A stretch of DNA of 64,000 bases from an uncultured Polaribacter sp. (GTDB taxonomy: Bacteria > Bacteroidota > Bacteroidia > Flavobacteriales > Flavobacteriaceae), in assembly GCA_943846585.1 (NCBI GenBank), contig OX044349.1, positions 1,028,008-1,092,007 of the forward strand, written 5' to 3'. Below are positions 60,604 through 64,000 of the stretch, piece after piece; the first letter of the stretch is position 1, and each line of letters begins with the position of its first letter. Both the position numbers and the translations under genes were made by a program. Under the pieces are notes generated by a model. It saw only the letters and a list, made by a program, of their open reading frames with translations. It was not told where the DNA came from and made no database searches.

Positions 60604-60685
60604 ATGGATTTAAATAAATGCATAATATTATCTTAAAATTTAATAAATCGATTGCGTTGGCCTTTTAAAATCCTTTAAAAATTGG

Positions 60686-60693
60686 TACATTTG
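60686..60693 (+). promoter_or_regulatory. Sigma-A -7 element for gltA
   Basis: TACATTTG 33 nt upstream of the ATG. Confidence 0.6.
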
Positions 60694-60726
60694 TGTGAGA
60701 TTTAAAAATTTTAAAATTACACGAAG

Positions 60727-62013
60727 ATGCCAGATATAGCTAAGTTACAAATAGGGGACAATTCATATGAGTTTCCACTTGTAAAAGGTACAGAAAATGA
60801 AGTTGCCATTGATATTAAAACATTAAGAGGGGCGACAAATGGAGTGATTACGATAGATCCAGGTTATAAAAATACAGGCTCTTGTAAAAGTGCAATTACT
60901 TTTTTAGACGGTGAAAAAGGAATTCTTCGTTACCGAGGATATTCGATCGAAGATTTGGCTGAAAAGGCAGATTTTTTAGAAGTTGCTTATGCCTTGATTT
61001 TTGGGGATTTACCAACCAAAGAACAATTAGAAAAATTTCATGCAGATATCAAATCGAAATCAATTGTAGATGAAGATGTAAAGAAAATTATGGATGCGTT
61101 TCCACGAAATGCACATCCTATGGGTGTTTTGTCTTCTTTGACAAGTGCATTGGTTGCTTTCAACCCATCTTCTGTCAATGTAGATTCTGAAGAAGAAATG
61201 TACAACGCGATTGTGAAAATAATGGGGAAATTTCCTGTTTTAGTAGCTTGGGCGATGCGTAAAAAACAAGGTTTACCCTTAAATTATGGTTCAAAATCTT
61301 TAGGATATGTAGAGAATATTATGAAAATGATGTTTGAACAACCGAATGAAGAATATGTTGCCAATCCAATAATTAAAGATGCTTTAGACAAACTATTAAT
61401 CTTACATGCAGATCACGAACAAAACTGTTCTACTTCTACTGTTCGAATTGTAGGTTCATCGCATGCAGGTTTATTTGCTTCATTATCTGCAGGGATTTCT
61501 GCATTATGGGGGCCTTTACATGGTGGTGCCAATCAAGCCGTATTAGAAATGTTAGAAGCAATCAAAGAAGATGGCGGAGATACGAAGAAATACATGGCGA
61601 AGGCAAAAGACAAAAATGATCCATTCCGTCTCATGGGATTTGGACATCGTGTTTATAAAAATTTTGATCCAAGAGCAACGATTATCAAAGTAGCAGCCGA
61701 CGAAGTATTGAAAGATTTAGGAATTGAAGATCCAATTTTAGACATTGCTAGAGGATTGGAGCAAGAAGCGTTAAATGATCCTTATTTCGTAGATCGTAAA
61801 TTGTATCCAAATGTAGACTTCTACTCTGGAATTATTTATAGAGCTATGGGAATCCCTGTTGAAATGTTTACAGTAATGTTTGCTTTAGGACGTTTACCAG
61901 GATGGATTGCACAATGGAAAGAAATGCGTGAGAACAAAGAACCAATTGGTCGTCCACGTCAAATTTATACCGGAGAAAATTTAAGAGATTTTGTGACTGC
62001 TGAAAATAGGTAA
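60727..62013 (+). CDS. gltA: Citrate synthase (type II)
   Basis: LHADHEQNCST, LHGGAN, MGFGHRVYK, YPNVDFYSG, RPRQIY. Confidence 0.98.
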   Translation: MPDIAKLQIGDNSYEFPLVKGTENEVAIDIKTLRGATNGVITIDPGYKNTGSCKSAITFLDGEKGILRYRGYSIEDLAEKADFLEVAYALIFGDLPTKEQLEKFHADIKSKSIVDEDVKKIMDAFPRNAHPMGVLSSLTSALVAFNPSSVNVDSEEEMYNAIVKIMGKFPVLVAWAMRKKQGLPLNYGSKSLGYVENIMKMMFEQPNEEYVANPIIKDALDKLLILHADHEQNCSTSTVRIVGSSHAGLFASLSAGISALWGPLHGGANQAVLEMLEAIKEDGGDTKKYMAKAKDKNDPFRLMGFGHRVYKNFDPRATIIKVAADEVLKDLGIEDPILDIARGLEQEALNDPYFVDRKLYPNVDFYSGIIYRAMGIPVEMFTVMFALGRLPGWIAQWKEMRENKEPIGRPRQIYTGENLRDFVTAENR

Positions 62014-62034
62014 GCATTCACTCTATTATTTCAC

Positions 62035-62064
62035 AAAAGCTTCCTGTTTTCAGGAAGCTTTTTT
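62035..62064 (+). terminator. Intrinsic terminator after gltA
   Basis: AAAAGCTTCCTG(TTTT)CAGGAAGCTTTTTT. Confidence 0.88.
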
Positions 62065-62076
62065 AGCCTTATATCT

Positions 62077-62991
62077 ATGATTAAAATCAATGTTCAAGAC
62101 GAAGTGTCTCGATTAAGAGCGGTTCTTTTAGGAACTGCAAAAAGCAATGGACCAACGCCGAAAGCCGCGGACTGTTATGATCCAAAAAGTAAATTACATG
62201 TACTTGCTGGTACCTACCCTAAAGAAGCGGATATGGTGCTTGAAATGGAAGCGGTAGCTGCTGTTTTTAAAAAGTATGAGATAACCGTTTATAGACCCGA
62301 GGTCCTTGAAAACTACAATCAGATTTTCTCTAGAGACATTGCTTTTTGTATTGATGATAAACTGATCAAAGCAAATATTTTACCCGACAGAGAAAAAGAA
62401 TTCGAAGCAATTGGGCATGTGCTTACACAAATCGATCCCGAAAAAATCCTAGAACTTCCAGAAGAATGCCATGTAGAAGGTGGCGATGTAATGCCTTGGG
62501 GCGATTATATTTTTGTGGGTACCTATTCGGGTGTAGATTATCCCGACTACATTACGGCTAGAACCAACACAGATGCCGTAATTGCTTTGCAAGAATTGTT
62601 TCCTGAGAAAATTGTCAAGTCTTTCGAACTTCGGAAAGACAATCTACAACCCAAAGAAAATGCTTTGCATTTGGATTGTTGCTTCCAACCGCTTGGGCAA
62701 GGAAAAGCAATCTTACATAAAAATGGGTTTTTAGTAGCCGCAGAGTACAATTGGTTGGTCGATTTCTTTGGCAAAGAAAACATCTTTGAAATTACCAAAG
62801 AGGAAATGTACAACATGAACAGCAACGTGTTTTCAATTGCCGAAGATGTGGTCATTTCTGAAACCAATTTCACTCGATTGAACACCTGGTTGCGTGCAAA
62901 TGGTTTTACTGTTGAGGAAGTGCCGTATGCAGAAATTGCCAAACAGGAGGGCTTATTACGCTGTTCTACCATGCCCTTAATACGCGATTAG
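62077..62991 (+). CDS. Amidinotransferase-superfamily hydrolase (arginine deiminase / DDAH-like)
   Basis: IFSRD, HVEGGD, LHLDCCF and terminal LLRCSTMPL catalytic Cys. Confidence 0.85.
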   Translation: MIKINVQDEVSRLRAVLLGTAKSNGPTPKAADCYDPKSKLHVLAGTYPKEADMVLEMEAVAAVFKKYEITVYRPEVLENYNQIFSRDIAFCIDDKLIKANILPDREKEFEAIGHVLTQIDPEKILELPEECHVEGGDVMPWGDYIFVGTYSGVDYPDYITARTNTDAVIALQELFPEKIVKSFELRKDNLQPKENALHLDCCFQPLGQGKAILHKNGFLVAAEYNWLVDFFGKENIFEITKEEMYNMNSNVFSIAEDVVISETNFTRLNTWLRANGFTVEEVPYAEIAKQEGLLRCSTMPLIRD

Positions 62992-63250
62992 GTTTTTTAT
63001 TGAACACGCTTTGCAATCGCCCTTAGCGGGGGCTTGTTTGCAAAGATTATATAACCTACATGGAAGTTATATCGTTCATCTCAGCGAGCTAGTTGTTTTA
63101 TCTATAAAAATCAAAAATAAATAAACTAATGTTTGTTTAAACACACTTTCAATACAACAAATAGGAAGTTTTAAACCGTTCAAAAACTTTTAAGATTTGC
63201 CCTGAGTTTTCTGTTAAAATTGTATAATTTTGCGACATATAAAAAATCAA

Positions 63251-64000
63251 ATGCAACAGACCACCAATACCATTTTAATGGTTCGTCCGATTAACTTTCG
63301 AATGAACGAACAAACTGCAGTCAATAACTATTATCAAAAAGTACTCGATACTTTATTGCCAGCAACGGTAAATGCAAAAGCACAAACAGAATTTGATGCT
63401 TACGTAGACAAATTACGTAGTGTTGGTGTGCACGTTGTGGTAGTTTCCGATACCGATGAATTTGATACCCCAGATGCGCTATTTCCAAACAACTGGATTT
63501 CTTTTCATCAAGATGGAACGGTGGCATTGTATCCAATGTTTGCAAAAAACAGACGCATGGAGCGCCGTGAAGACATTTTAGACCAATTAGAAGCCAAAGG
63601 ATTCCGCATTGATTCGGTTGTCGATTATACTTCTGCAGAGCAATCTGGGTTTTACTTAGAAGGCACTGGAAGTTTATTGTTAGATCGCTTGAACAACAAA
63701 GCCTATTGTGCTTTGTCTCCTAGAGCCGATGAAGATTTATTCATAGAGTTTTGTGAAGATTTTGAGTACACCCCTGTGATTTTTACCGCCAATCAAACCG
63801 TAGATGGAGAACGCAAAGAAATCTACCACACCAATGTAATGATGTGTTTGGCAGAAACCTTTGCAGTAATTTGTTTGGACAGTATAGACGATAAAAAAGA
63901 ACGCAAAAATCTTTTAAAGAATTTAAAAGAAGATGGTAAGCAAGTCATCAATATCAGCGAAGAACAAGTACATAATTTTGCAGGAAACATGTTGCAAGTT
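63251..64000 (+). CDS. ctlX: Citrulline-utilisation hydrolase CtlX-like amidinotransferase, 5' part (runs off the window; not in the ORF track)
   Basis: Open from ATG 63251: MQQTTNTILMVRPINFRMNEQTAVNNYYQ...TPDALFPNNWISFH...YPMFAKNRRMERR...LEGTGSLLLDR...IYHTNVMM...FAGNMLQV. Confidence 0.85.
   Translation, partial: MQQTTNTILMVRPINFRMNEQTAVNNYYQKVLDTLLPATVNAKAQTEFDAYVDKLRSVGVHVVVVSDTDEFDTPDALFPNNWISFHQDGTVALYPMFAKNRRMERREDILDQLEAKGFRIDSVVDYTSAEQSGFYLEGTGSLLLDRLNNKAYCALSPRADEDLFIEFCEDFEYTPVIFTANQTVDGERKEIYHTNVMMCLAETFAVICLDSIDDKKERKNLLKNLKEDGKQVINISEEQVHNFAGNMLQV

Noticed and set aside
63004-63051. Spacer frame TRFAIALSGGLFAKII resembles a patatin or PP-loop motif
   Set aside because: No start, only 16 codons, and the GC-rich part is better explained by the hairpin.

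Overview
Chromosomal window from a Bacteroidota bacterium of the family Flavobacteriaceae. A Polaribacter/Tenacibaculum-like, probably marine lineage is inferred from T9SS cargo, SusC/D, TAnnTTTG promoters, A-rich non-SD start contexts and the GEDNYALAA tmRNA tag. About 40.3-57.9 kb is the core str/S10/spc/alpha ribosomal cluster (rpsL to rplQ, including an rpmJ missed by the ORF track), followed by carA, eno, gltA and two amidinotransferase-family genes. The left 40 kb mixes housekeeping genes (ftsE, kdsA, mpl, trkAH, yjjG, rarA, rlmB), surface-glycan genes, a CAZyme-free SusC/SusD locus and accessory genes. Best observations: (1) a ~4.3-kb AT-rich islet at the 3' end of ssrA (tmRNA, minus strand, 12557-12947), bounded by a 15-bp direct repeat plus a duplicated terminator, with arm-site-like tandem repeats but no integrase. 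It carries only a divergent gene pair: a predicted single-pass one-component regulator (periplasmic kelch-like propeller, TM helix, cytoplasmic OmpR-like winged helix) and a T9SS-secreted FG-GAP/DUF5011 protein. (2) Three unannotated pseudogenes: radC, a heavily decayed second susC, and a remnant between mpl and trkH. (3) Structured leaders behind internal promoters upstream of rplC (15-bp long-range helix, competing hairpins, U8 tract, 16-codon uORF) and rpsH, candidates for undescribed flavobacterial ribosomal-protein regulatory RNAs. No rRNA, tRNA, CRISPR array or intact transposase was seen. All family calls are by eye from motifs; no searches or folding programs were run.
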